Assembly: GCA_963718575.1 (NCBI GenBank)
Contig: OY970358.1
Span: 728,108 to 792,107 of the forward strand
DNA length: 64,000 nt
Origin: an uncultured bacterium
GTDB taxonomy: Bacteria; Patescibacteriota; Minisyncoccia; UBA6257; 2-01-FULL-56-20
Direction of reading: 5' to 3'
The number at the start of each line of letters is the position of its first letter. Positions within the stretch are counted from its first letter, which is position 1. The notes beneath the pieces are model-generated. The model was not told the DNA's origin. It did not search any database and saw only the letters and a program-made list of their open reading frames with translations. Below are positions 1 through 8,594 of this stretch, one piece after another. Position numbers and translations under genes: made by a program.

Positions 1-183
1 CGGGGGATGTTCGGGATTCAGGCGGTAATCGAGCTGGCTCACGTAGCCGTAGCCGGCAGGGATGTGTGCGAGCTCGTCGTCGATCGCGGAATCCGTGCGT
101 GCCGCCCACATCATCAGCCCGAACGAAGTGATGCAGATCAGCACGAGTGCGGTCACCGCCCACCACGAAGTGAATTTTCTCAT
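1..183 (-). CDS. Hypothetical membrane protein, N-terminal part only (gene runs off the window start)
   Basis: Minus-strand ATG at 183..181 gives MRKFTSWWAVTALVLICITSFGLMMWAARTDSAIDDELAHIPAGYGYVSQLDYRLNPEHPP with no stop before the window edge. It has a signal/TM segment and coding-like composition. It is absent from the ORF track because it is truncated. Confidence 0.35.
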   Translation of the reverse strand, partial: MRKFTSWWAVTALVLICITSFGLMMWAARTDSAIDDELAHIPAGYGYVSQLDYRLNPEHPP

Positions 184-235
184 CATAGTATATTCATTAT
201 ACAAAATAACATCGAACTCGTGTTAACATATTTCT

Positions 236-2344
236 ATGCCATCTGATAATAAGAAACTCCAGCATGAGCATGCTGCGGACGATATCCGCACCGACGATCT
301 CGTGAAGGCCACGCAGCGCGAAGCGAAGGCCGGTCGTGACCATCTGCGCGATATCCCGGTGAACAATCGCAACTACTGGCGGTTTCATGGCGAGAAAGAA
401 AGGCGTCGCCCTTTGCCGCGCGGCATCAAATGGGGGATCGCGGGGCTCATTGCGCTCTTTGTGGTCGGCTTCGCGGTGTCGTATTATCTCGTAAAGCGCG
501 AAGTGGCGGCGGCGATCTCGTTACGGATCGTGACGTTACAAACGGGCGTTACCGATCTGCAGAATCTGAACCCGCAATCTGCCGCGCAGGAATTTTCCAC
601 GTTGAACGCGTCGCCGTCGCCGTCGGGGATCTTCGGGTCGCTTGTTTCGCTCTTTGAAGGAAGCAGCGGTGCGGTGCGTTCGTTCGGCGATCTTTCGAGC
701 CAGCTTACGGCGCTTTCGGAAAATATGACGGGCCTGGAGAACGATGCATTCGGATTTGTCTCGCAGAACGGGAGCAGTACGTTTGCTGCCGATCTTGCGG
801 GAACACGCGCGACGCTCGCCGCGATCGATGCGGACGCAAAATCCCTTTCCGGCGCGGCAGCATACTTTGGCGCCGCGCCAGGGGTGAGCGGCGGCCAGGG
901 CTATCTTGCGCTCACGACGCAAGTGGAGGGGGCGGAGAATTTTCTGAATGCGTTCGTGCCGTGGCTTTCGGACGCGACGACGACGCACCATATATTGGTG
1001 CTCTTCCAGAACCCGTCGGAGATGCGCCCGGGCGGCGGATTCCTGGGAAGCTACGCGGATGTTTCAATACGGGGCGGCGCGATCACAAACGTTGCGGTGC
1101 ACGACATTGCGGATGTGGATAAGACGTTCGCACCGAAGATCGCGCCGCCCGCGCCGCTTCAACTCGAAGAGACCGCGTTCCGCCCCGCCGATGCAAATTG
1201 GTTCTTTGACTTCCCAACGACGGCATCCGAGACGATCAACATGTTCGAGCGGTCGGGATTGTATGCAGGCGCGGGCGCGTCCGGCACGCCGACCACCTTC
1301 GATGGCGTCGTTGCGGTGACGCCGCAGGTGATGAGCGATCTGCTCTCCGTAACGGGGCCGATCACATTGCCTGGCGCGACGCCGAAGGCCGCGTCCACCA
1401 CATTCACCTCCGGCACCCTCGTCGTGCAGGTGCAAAAGATCGTGCAGGCCGGCCAGGCAAAATCGGGAGGCGGAAATCAAACCTATCCAAAGGAGATCCT
1501 GGCACAGCTCTATCCCGCGATATTGCAACAGCTCGCGTCTTCGAGCGACGCACAGAAGCAGCAGATCTTGCAGCTCGCGCTCAACTGGATCACGAACAAA
1601 GATGTGATGGCCTACTTTACCGATCCCGCCTTCGAGACGTTCGCCAACGCGTACGGCGCGACGGGCGACGTCTATCAGCTTCCGTCGAACTTCAACGGCG
1701 ATTATCTTGCGGTCACGAATGCGGATATCAATAGCGATAAGTCGGAGTTGTATATGGCGCAGGATGTGACGTACGATGCCGAGATCGGCGCGGACGGAAC
1801 GCTCACCGACAATCTGACGATCAGTCGTGTGCACAATGGCAACACGAGCCCGTACTGGTGGTACAAGACGACGAATCAGGACTACATGCAGATCTTCGTG
1901 CCGAACGGCAGCGCGTTGAGCAACGAGAGCGGCGGGATCGCAAAGAGCGTGCCCGCGCCGGTCAACTACGCGCGCGACGGATACAGCACCGACCCGCTCG
2001 TCGCCGCCATCGCATCGACCACGTTGCAGAACTTTAGCTATCCAAAGATCACGACGCATACGGAATCAGGAAAGGAAGTCTTCGCGCTGTGGTCGCGCGC
2101 GTATGCCGGCTCGTCATCAACCGTTTCATTGAACTATTCGCGTGAGCTCTTCGCCGCGCCCGCGCCGGGCGTGCAGTATCAGTTCGTCTTCGAGCGCCAG
2201 TCCGGCGCCGGCGGTGAATATAACATAGAGGTGGATGCGCCGCTCGGCTACGTGTTCGCGGAGAACGATCTTGCGACGTACACGTATATTTCCACCTCCA
2301 CGCCGGGGCGAATGATCATCGATCTGACGTTACAGAAGATATAA
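236..2344 (+). CDS. Membrane-anchored DUF4012-like protein (hypothetical)
   Basis: 702-aa ORF with an N-terminal TM helix (GIAGLIALFVVGFAVSYYLV). The block 'ILVLFQNPSEMRPGGGFLGSYADVSIRGG' resembles the DUF4012 signature (recalled from memory). A weak hairpin terminator follows at ~2381-2405. Confidence 0.55.
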   Translation: MPSDNKKLQHEHAADDIRTDDLVKATQREAKAGRDHLRDIPVNNRNYWRFHGEKERRRPLPRGIKWGIAGLIALFVVGFAVSYYLVKREVAAAISLRIVTLQTGVTDLQNLNPQSAAQEFSTLNASPSPSGIFGSLVSLFEGSSGAVRSFGDLSSQLTALSENMTGLENDAFGFVSQNGSSTFAADLAGTRATLAAIDADAKSLSGAAAYFGAAPGVSGGQGYLALTTQVEGAENFLNAFVPWLSDATTTHHILVLFQNPSEMRPGGGFLGSYADVSIRGGAITNVAVHDIADVDKTFAPKIAPPAPLQLEETAFRPADANWFFDFPTTASETINMFERSGLYAGAGASGTPTTFDGVVAVTPQVMSDLLSVTGPITLPGATPKAASTTFTSGTLVVQVQKIVQAGQAKSGGGNQTYPKEILAQLYPAILQQLASSSDAQKQQILQLALNWITNKDVMAYFTDPAFETFANAYGATGDVYQLPSNFNGDYLAVTNADINSDKSELYMAQDVTYDAEIGADGTLTDNLTISRVHNGNTSPYWWYKTTNQDYMQIFVPNGSALSNESGGIAKSVPAPVNYARDGYSTDPLVAAIASTTLQNFSYPKITTHTESGKEVFALWSRAYAGSSSTVSLNYSRELFAAPAPGVQYQFVFERQSGAGGEYNIEVDAPLGYVFAENDLATYTYISTSTPGRMIIDLTLQKI

Positions 2345-2546
2345 GCATGTTCACGTAAAATAAAGACTCTGCTACAAATGCAGGGTCTGTTGGAACGCAT
2401 CCCAATCGCCCGCGGGGATGCTTCCATAAGGTTGAAGGAATTCCAATATGAGCCGGAGCGGCAATTTATCTCCGGGGGGCTCCGATCATGGTTCCTATCG
2501 CAACGTGCGACGGCATGGCATAAGTGTTATTAAAAAATCATTAAAA

Positions 2547-2574
2547 AGTTTTTGACGTCGCAGAATGAAGGCGT
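2547..2574 (+). promoter_or_regulatory. Sigma70-like promoter (TTGACG-N16-TATGAT) shared with the paralog at 45199
   Basis: The 'aaaagtttttgacgtcgcagaatgaaggcgtatgat' block lies directly upstream of the 2575 start. A near-identical block lies upstream of 45232. Confidence 0.45.
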
Positions 2575-2859
2575 ATGATTTTCGGTATGAATAAAAAAAT
2601 AACTACAATAGATGATTTGGCAGTGATGATTGGAAAAGAGTCGCGCGCAAACGAAAAGCGATTCGATGTGCTGGAAAGAAGATTTGATACGCTGGAGGGA
2701 AAATTCAGTACGATGGAAGGAAGAATGGACGGAATGGCCACGAAGCAAGACTTGTTCAAAATGGAGGCTCGTATAATGGCTAAATTTGATGAGAGGGACC
2801 TCGAAATCAAAAATCATGACTCGCGCATTCTGGCGCTCGAGAACATCGTAAAGCCATAA
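2575..2859 (+). CDS. Small coiled-coil protein (paralog of 45232..45750)
   Basis: 94 aa with repeated R(F/L)DxLE heptad/11-mer units. The segment 'MDGMATKQDL' matches 'MDGLATKEML' in the 172-aa protein at 45232. It is preceded by the same AAAAGTTTTTGAC..TATGAT promoter-like motif. Confidence 0.55.
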   Translation: MIFGMNKKITTIDDLAVMIGKESRANEKRFDVLERRFDTLEGKFSTMEGRMDGMATKQDLFKMEARIMAKFDERDLEIKNHDSRILALENIVKP

Positions 2860-2904
2860 CGGTCTTCCTTGTGATTACGCGTGATTTTCTGTAAAATCAC
2901 CGCA

Positions 2905-4719
2905 ATGGAACATATCCGCAACTTCGTCATCATCGCGCATATCGATAGCGGAAAATCGACGCTCGCCGACCGTCTGCTCGAGATGACGGGCACGGTGCCG
3001 ATGCGCTCGATGCAGGCGCAGTACCTTGACCGGATGCCGCTCGAGCGCGAGCGGGGGATCACGATCAAGATGGCTCCGGTGCGCATGGATTACTTGGCCG
3101 ACGACGGCAAAAAATATGTGATGAACCTGATCGACACGCCGGGACATTCGGATTTTGCATACGAAGTTTCGCGTGCGCTGAACGCCGTCGAAGGCGGTAT
3201 TCTACTGGTGGACGGGACGAAGGGCATCCAGGCGCAGACGCTTTCCAACCTGCGCGGTGCGCAGAAGGCGGGCTTGCGGATCATTCCTGCAGTGAACAAG
3301 ATCGATCTCAGCTTGCCGCACATTGAGAAAGTGGTGGAAGCGACTGCGGAGCTTTTGGGCGTTGAGCCGCACGAAGTATTCCGCGTTTCCGCAAAGACGG
3401 GCGCGGGCGTGAAGGAATTGCTCGAAGCGGTGGTGAAGCTCGTGCCGCCGCCGAAGATGCACGGCGCGCCCGGCGCGCAGGACAACATCTCCAAAGCGCT
3501 CATCTTCGATTCCGCATACGACGACCACAAAGGCATCATCGCGAACGTGCGCGTGTTCGGCGGCGAGTTCGGCACGGAGGATATGCATCTCGTGGCAAGC
3601 GCCGACGGGTTCAAGGCAAAGGAAGTCGGATATTTTTCGCCGGATATGAAGGCGGCCGCAAAATTAAAGACCGGCGAGATCGGCTACATCGCGACCGGCC
3701 TCAAAGAGCCGGAGCTCGTGCACATCGGCGATACGATCCTGGCGAACCGCGATTCCACCGGCATTGGTGCGGGGCGTGCAAAGGAATTGGCGCTCCCCGG
3801 TTATCGCGAGCCCGCGCCGGTCGTGTTCATCTCGTTCTATCCCGACGGCGAAACAAAATTTGATGATCTCAAGCGCGGATTTGAAAAACTGCGTTTGAAC
3901 GACGCGGCGCTCAGCTTCGAACCTGATTCGAACGAAGCGCTCGGCCGCGGATTGAAAGTCGGCTTCCTTGGTCAGCTTCACTTTGAAATTATTTCGAGCC
4001 GTCTTGAACGGGAATATAATCTGCAATTCTTGACGAGTTTTCCGTCCATCGCGTATCGCGTGCAGGACAAGGGCGTCGTGTTCACGATCAAGCAGCCCCA
4101 GGATTTTCCCGATCATCCGGAAAAAGTATGGGAGCCGCTCGTCAATCTCGAAATTCTCACCCCGCAAAGTTATTTGAGCGCCGTGCTCAACATGCAGACC
4201 ATTTTTGATATAGAGATCAGCGAGATAAAAAATATTGGCGAGAATTTATTGATCCAGGCGATCATGCCGCTCCGCGAGTTGATCCGCGATTTTGATGATC
4301 GTATGAAGTCGGTGTCGCAGGGATACGCGTCGTTCACGTACGAGCTGGCGGGGGAGCGCGAGTCGGAGGTGGAGAAGCTGGAGATCGTCGTCGTGGACGA
4401 GGTGGTGCCCGCGCTCACGCGCATCGTTCCCAAAAAAGATCTGGAGCGCGAAGGACGCCAGACGGTGGAGCGGTTAAAAGAATTGCTCCCCAAGATGCAA
4501 TTCTCGCAGGCGTTGCAGGCAAAGTCGCAGGGGCGCATCATCGCGCGCGAGACGATCACCGCCATGAAAAAAGAGCTTGGCAACTTTGGCAAGAACGGCG
4601 GCGACCGCACGCGCAAGATGAAGCTCTGGAAGAAGCAGGAGAAGGGCAAAGAGCGTCTTCAGGCCGGCGCCCGCGTGGACATCTCGCCGGAGGTCTTCCG
4701 CGAAATCCTTAAAAAGTAG
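2905..4719 (+). CDS. lepA: Elongation factor 4 (LepA)
   Basis: N-terminus MEHIRNFVIIAHIDSGKSTLADRLLE with the G-domain motifs DTPGH and NKID. C-terminus is LepA-specific (...KELGNFGKNGGDRTRKMKLWKKQ...). Start set at the internal ATG at 2905 (the ORF opens at a GTG at 2881). Confidence 0.95.
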   Translation: MEHIRNFVIIAHIDSGKSTLADRLLEMTGTVPMRSMQAQYLDRMPLERERGITIKMAPVRMDYLADDGKKYVMNLIDTPGHSDFAYEVSRALNAVEGGILLVDGTKGIQAQTLSNLRGAQKAGLRIIPAVNKIDLSLPHIEKVVEATAELLGVEPHEVFRVSAKTGAGVKELLEAVVKLVPPPKMHGAPGAQDNISKALIFDSAYDDHKGIIANVRVFGGEFGTEDMHLVASADGFKAKEVGYFSPDMKAAAKLKTGEIGYIATGLKEPELVHIGDTILANRDSTGIGAGRAKELALPGYREPAPVVFISFYPDGETKFDDLKRGFEKLRLNDAALSFEPDSNEALGRGLKVGFLGQLHFEIISSRLEREYNLQFLTSFPSIAYRVQDKGVVFTIKQPQDFPDHPEKVWEPLVNLEILTPQSYLSAVLNMQTIFDIEISEIKNIGENLLIQAIMPLRELIRDFDDRMKSVSQGYASFTYELAGERESEVEKLEIVVVDEVVPALTRIVPKKDLEREGRQTVERLKELLPKMQFSQALQAKSQGRIIARETITAMKKELGNFGKNGGDRTRKMKLWKKQEKGKERLQAGARVDISPEVFREILKK

Positions 4720-4731
4720 TAGACTAATTAC

Positions 4732-5022
4732 ATGAAAATCGCCGCCATCGTCGTTCTTTCGCTATTCATTATTATCGTCGGCGTGCAGGTTTTTTCGTTC
4801 GTCCGGCAAGAGTGGTCGTTGGGGAGTGAGCTGGCGGATGTGCAGGCAAACCTTACAAAAGCTCAGGTGCAGGAGACGAGCCTGCAGGAAGAAAATCAAT
4901 ATCTTTCGAATCCCGCAAATTTGGAAAAAGAGCTTCGCGCGCGGTTCAACTATAAGAAGCCTGGCGAGACCATGGTGATCATCGTGCCGGCAACGAGCAC
5001 GAGTGCGAGTTCCACGGATTAA
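4732..5022 (+). CDS. Septum formation initiator family protein (FtsB/DivIC-like)
   Basis: 96 aa with an N-terminal TM helix, a coiled coil, and a C-terminal 'LEKELRARFNYKKPGETMVIIV' motif typical of FtsB/DivIC. Confidence 0.6.
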   Translation: MKIAAIVVLSLFIIIVGVQVFSFVRQEWSLGSELADVQANLTKAQVQETSLQEENQYLSNPANLEKELRARFNYKKPGETMVIIVPATSTSASSTD

Positions 5023-5051
5023 TAAAACGAATTCGGTATTTTTATTTGTAG

Positions 5052-5122
5052 AGCGGGTAACGGGAATCGAACCCGTGTCTCAACCTTGGGAAGGTCGCGT
5101 TCTGCCACTGAACCATACCCGC
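5052..5122 (-). tRNA. tRNA-Gly (anticodon CCC)
   Basis: Reverse complement reads GCGGGTA..TGGTTCAGTGGCAGAACG..CGACC-TTCCCAA-GGTTG..GGGTTCGATTCCCGT..TACCCGC. It has a 7-bp acceptor stem, a T-arm, and CCC in the anticodon loop. No CCA is encoded. Confidence 0.85.
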
Positions 5123-5205
5123 GTGCGCCAGCGTCGGTTACTCCGATCGCCAACAAGAACATAAAAACGATACACGACGCGCGCGCGTTGCGCAAATGGG
5201 GGATA

Positions 5206-5250
5206 ATAAAAAAAAGAGGCCCGCTTCGCTGGTTGGCGAATGCGGGCCTC
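5206..5250 (-). terminator. Rho-independent terminator for the minus-strand gene ending at 5274
   Basis: Stem aggcccgc/gcgggcct. On the minus strand it is followed by a T8 run (the A-run at 5207-5214 on plus). Confidence 0.5.
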
Positions 5251-5273
5251 GGTTGGTTGGAAAGAGCTGCTTC

Positions 5274-6308
5274 TTATTGACTAGGAGCGGTTGCGACCTG
5301 GCTTTGTGATTGGCTGGGGCTTGCGGTCGCTGTCGGACTTGCGACCTGCGACTGACTCTGCGAGGGGTTCCCAACGTCCGTGATTGTGGTTTTGGGGTTG
5401 GCTGTGGAATGGGCTTGCGCATCCGATAGTGACGATGCGCTTGCCCCGGCGGTTGATTGTGCATTTCCGGATCCTATGACGGCCGATGAGCCGCCCTGGG
5501 CATTTATTGTGGGGCTTGACGATGCGCTTGCAGAAGCGCCGCCGCCATTGCCAACATTATTCATCTTGATGTTGCCACCGGTGCCACCTGCGCCACCGGC
5601 CGCGCTTGCAGAAGAATTTCCGCCTGCGCCACCTTTCCCACCCTTACCGCCAGCACCGCCTTGTGCAACGTTGCTGACGCTCGTGTCGACCGTCGCGCCA
5701 CCGCCACCTTGAGCAAGGTTACTACTGCTGTTGGTGAGATTGCCGCCGCTTACACTGCCTTGGTTCATCGTCATGTTGTTTCTTGTTGCACCTACGTCAC
5801 TTGCTACGACGCCAGCGACCTCGTGAAGCACACTGAGGAAGACATAGGACTTCTTCTTTGTTGTTGTGAACGCCGCTTCAGCGTCATTGAGACCTGCCTG
5901 GGATTGAGTGAGGTTTGCTTGGGCATGCATCAGTCGGATGCGCTCATTGGCATATTGCTTTCTCAGATTAGCGGTGGTGTCATTGTCTAACCCCCGCAGA
6001 TTCTCCAGGGTGTTACTCTCTTCCATCTTTGCGTTGGCCAGTGCAGTGAGTGGTCCGACCAGTGGGGTAAGATCTACTCCTGCGTTGACGGTCACCGATG
6101 ATGGTTGAGCCGGAGGCGGAGGTGGAACAGGAGCGGGTGTTGAAGCCGCTACTGTTCCGACCGGAAGTTGGGGTGTTGATGTCGCCACAGGTTTCAGCCT
6201 GTGTGAGGCATTGGGTTTTATTGCCGGGCAGTTCGCGATGGGCTGCTGGCAAAACGCCGTGGATGAAATGCTCAGCGCTAGGGCTGAAACTACAAGAAAC
6301 TTTCTCAT
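5274..6308 (-). CDS. Secreted Gly/Ser/Pro-rich low-complexity protein (hypothetical)
   Basis: Signal peptide MRKFLVVSALALSISSTAFC, GG(A/K)GG tracts, a poly-Pro stretch, and a C-terminal SQSQSQVA(S/T)P repeat. Confidence 0.6.
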   Translation of the reverse strand: MRKFLVVSALALSISSTAFCQQPIANCPAIKPNASHRLKPVATSTPQLPVGTVAASTPAPVPPPPPAQPSSVTVNAGVDLTPLVGPLTALANAKMEESNTLENLRGLDNDTTANLRKQYANERIRLMHAQANLTQSQAGLNDAEAAFTTTKKKSYVFLSVLHEVAGVVASDVGATRNNMTMNQGSVSGGNLTNSSSNLAQGGGGATVDTSVSNVAQGGAGGKGGKGGAGGNSSASAAGGAGGTGGNIKMNNVGNGGGASASASSSPTINAQGGSSAVIGSGNAQSTAGASASSLSDAQAHSTANPKTTITDVGNPSQSQSQVASPTATASPSQSQSQVATAPSQ

Positions 6309-7354
6309 CGGGGGATCTCCTTTGAAAGTAGATTGCTTTCGGTGTTAGCCCGGTAGAGGGCGATTTTTAATTCATCAACGGTCGCTTGTGCCGCCGCCAA
6401 TGTTCGTTCGCGCGCTTTTTCATGTTGCGCGATCACGAAGGTGACGAGGCGAGGAATTCCTACAACCCCTGCGGCGATCAAAGGATTGCCGGTGACGGCA
6501 AATGAAATGCCGCCCTGCGCTCCTATCTTGCCGATGGTTACCAGTGCGTGAAGAAACGGATGCCTCCCGGGAATCTTTCCGCTGTACGGCTGTATCTGCG
6601 TGCTGTCGATGGGATGGTTGATCCCTCCGACAAGCAGTTCGAACGGCTGTGCGGGAAGCTTCTTGAGTCTGACGAAGACGACCGTGTCACCGTCCTTTGC
6701 GGGAACCACGATTGATGGTTTCAGGTCGATCCTGCAGCCTCCACAAGGTAGTCCAAGCTTTTTCTCTTCCTCGTTGTTAAAGAGGATGAGTTGGGTCTGG
6801 AGCGGGCCTTGCAGATCCGGATTGCCGGCCACGAATTGATAGGCGGTAATCTTTGCGATTTTCATCGACTGCATGGCCTTCTCATTAATCGGCGCCTGGG
6901 CAGAGACAGCGGCTACGGTTTGTGCCGATGCCTGCTCGAGCGTTACAGTCGGCACTGGTGCGTTCACGGGATTCGCGAACGCTTTCGGCATGACGACCAT
7001 TTCCGACATCGTGACCGTTTCGAGGACATCGGGCGATGCGACTTCCGTAGTTGGGGAAGTCAGCTTCGCCGTCTCCGCGGGCATGTCCGGAATATTGATC
7101 CGGTCGCCCGCGTAGATTTTGTCTTCGTGGACGATCTTTGGATTCGCATCCTTGATCGCCGGGTAAAGATGCCAATCGCCGTAAACAGCGATCGCATCTT
7201 TGGAAAGTGAATCACCTCCGATGATCTCGCAGCTCGAGATATGTTCACCGGCGGGGACGCACGCGTGCTCCTTTGAAAACGTTGCTTCAAGAGCGAAGCA
7301 GGAGTTTCCACCAAGAAGCAGAAGAAGGGCAACGTGCACAAATCTTTTCATTGC
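6305..7354 (-). CDS. Secreted LysM-domain protein (hypothetical)
   Basis: Start at MKRFVHVALLLLLGG (signal peptide), with an AAGAGGA Shine-Dalgarno 6 nt upstream. LysM-like block 'DSLSKDAIAVYGDWHLYPAIKDANPKIVHEDKIYAGDRINIP'. The C-terminal domain is unknown. Confidence 0.6.
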   Translation of the reverse strand, partial: AMKRFVHVALLLLLGGNSCFALEATFSKEHACVPAGEHISSCEIIGGDSLSKDAIAVYGDWHLYPAIKDANPKIVHEDKIYAGDRINIPDMPAETAKLTSPTTEVASPDVLETVTMSEMVVMPKAFANPVNAPVPTVTLEQASAQTVAAVSAQAPINEKAMQSMKIAKITAYQFVAGNPDLQGPLQTQLILFNNEEEKKLGLPCGGCRIDLKPSIVVPAKDGDTVVFVRLKKLPAQPFELLVGGINHPIDSTQIQPYSGKIPGRHPFLHALVTIGKIGAQGGISFAVTGNPLIAAGVVGIPRLVTFVIAQHEKARERTLAAAQATVDELKIALYRANTESNLLSKEIPR

Positions 7355-7422
7355 GTCCTCTTTCCTTCTTGTTCGGGCATCATGATCTCCGACAATAGAA
7401 CATATCACTGAGCTTTATGCCG

Positions 7423-7462
7423 CCGTTGCGTAACCATCCCTCAAAAGGTGACGATTCGCCCG
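7423..7462. repeat. 40-bp direct repeat, copy 1 (ccgttgcgtaaccatccctcaaaaggtgacgattcgcccg)
   Basis: An exact 40-bp copy recurs at 7511..7550 (period 88 bp, 48-bp spacer). It lies in the promoter region of the LysM gene. Confidence 0.6.
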
Positions 7463-7510
7463 AGCGGTGTTCTCAATGAATGCCATATTGCATTTCCATA
7501 AAGCGATCTT

Positions 7511-7550
7511 CCGTTGCGTAACCATCCCTCAAAAGGTGACGATTCGCCCG
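7511..7550. repeat. 40-bp direct repeat, copy 2
   Basis: Identical to 7423..7462. Confidence 0.6.
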
Positions 7551-7596
7551 CGGATATCTTCATTATGGAACATTCAGATATCTTGAATACACAAAC

Positions 7597-8334
7597 TTAG
7601 CTGGTTTGTTGGATGGAGATAGGAGACGAAGATACTCGGCCGAGCCTGAGTACTTTCGCAGCATGCTGTGGAAGTTTGTCGAGCCGTAGCCCTTTCTCGT
7701 TCCGGAATTCGATCTTCGGGAATGAAGTATCGATCGGAGTGCTGCCGCCTGAATCATCGAACGTTGCGATGTAATCACTGACATCGCCGCCGCTCATGAA
7801 ACCCTTCTCAGGATTTGCGTGGAGGCGGACGATAAATTTGATCGGCCGGCGTTTTTCCTTCCAGAGAGCCCGGAGTGTCATCACGTCCGGGTTCACAAGG
7901 ATCGTTTCCTTTTTGAACGATCGTATCCCAAAAGCAATGCCAATAACGATCGCAAGCACTACAACAAACGTAAGAGCAATCATCACATACGACAGGGTTG
8001 ATGCGCGCCTGTCGTTGTCCGTGGAAGATCTTTGAAGATCGATCACAGCCTTTTGTGTTGTCTCGAGTGCCACCTCTTGGTTGGTGACCTGCTTGTTTGT
8101 GGCGGCGATCTGTCCACCCAGATTTCCTTGTTGGGCTTTTATCTGGGATTTCAGGGCGCTGATCGCGCTCTCCGTGCCGATAATTCTGTGTCCTTGGGCG
8201 TTAACTTTTTGCTGAAGCTCGTGGACCTGGCTCTGCGAAGCGGGGTTGTTATTGCTGTTCTGGGCGTTGGCGAGGGCTGAGCCCATCGTCAAAAGAATAA
8301 TGGTCGAAAGCAGTGTGCCAACGATAGTTCTCAT
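7597..8334 (-). CDS. Membrane protein with extracytoplasmic coiled coil (hypothetical)
   Basis: 245 aa with signal/TM MRTIVGTLLSTIILLTMGSALA, a Q/N-rich coiled coil, and a second TM (MIALTFVVVLAIVIGIAFGI). AGGAGGG Shine-Dalgarno upstream. Confidence 0.55.
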   Translation of the reverse strand: MRTIVGTLLSTIILLTMGSALANAQNSNNNPASQSQVHELQQKVNAQGHRIIGTESAISALKSQIKAQQGNLGGQIAATNKQVTNQEVALETTQKAVIDLQRSSTDNDRRASTLSYVMIALTFVVVLAIVIGIAFGIRSFKKETILVNPDVMTLRALWKEKRRPIKFIVRLHANPEKGFMSGGDVSDYIATFDDSGGSTPIDTSFPKIEFRNEKGLRLDKLPQHAAKVLRLGRVSSSPISIQQTS

Positions 8335-8594
8335 ATCTCAAAACCCTCCTAGTATTTTGATTTGGTAAGGTGCCGCTCGTTTTTTGCGGGGACTTCCGGC
8401 CCCCTGCGGTGCTAGATGTATAGCATAATTTAATACAAAAGTCAACGCGTTTTGTTGCATTTTATCCTGCTTTGTTGTATAACCATGGGAGTTAGTTCCG
8501 TTTATAGCACCTTGTCAAATACATTTTTTTGGCTCTTTTGTTTTTTTTACACCCACTAAAGAGTCGAAAAAATAACATAACATCTAAATATCGA

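Noticed and set aside
1064-2059. 331-aa minus-strand ORF antisense to the DUF4012-like gene. The same pattern occurs at 536..991, 10281..10862, 13549..14043, 18442..19326, 19779..20885, 24583..25266, 38203..38853, 50669..51472 and 62150..62995.
   Set aside because: These are Arg/His-rich shadow ORFs typical of the antisense strand of GC-rich genes. They fully overlap well-supported genes and have no motifs.
7423-7550. A possible CRISPR array from the two 40-bp repeats
   Set aside because: Only two repeat copies with a 48-bp spacer and no cas genes anywhere in the window. Kept as a repeat or regulatory candidate instead.
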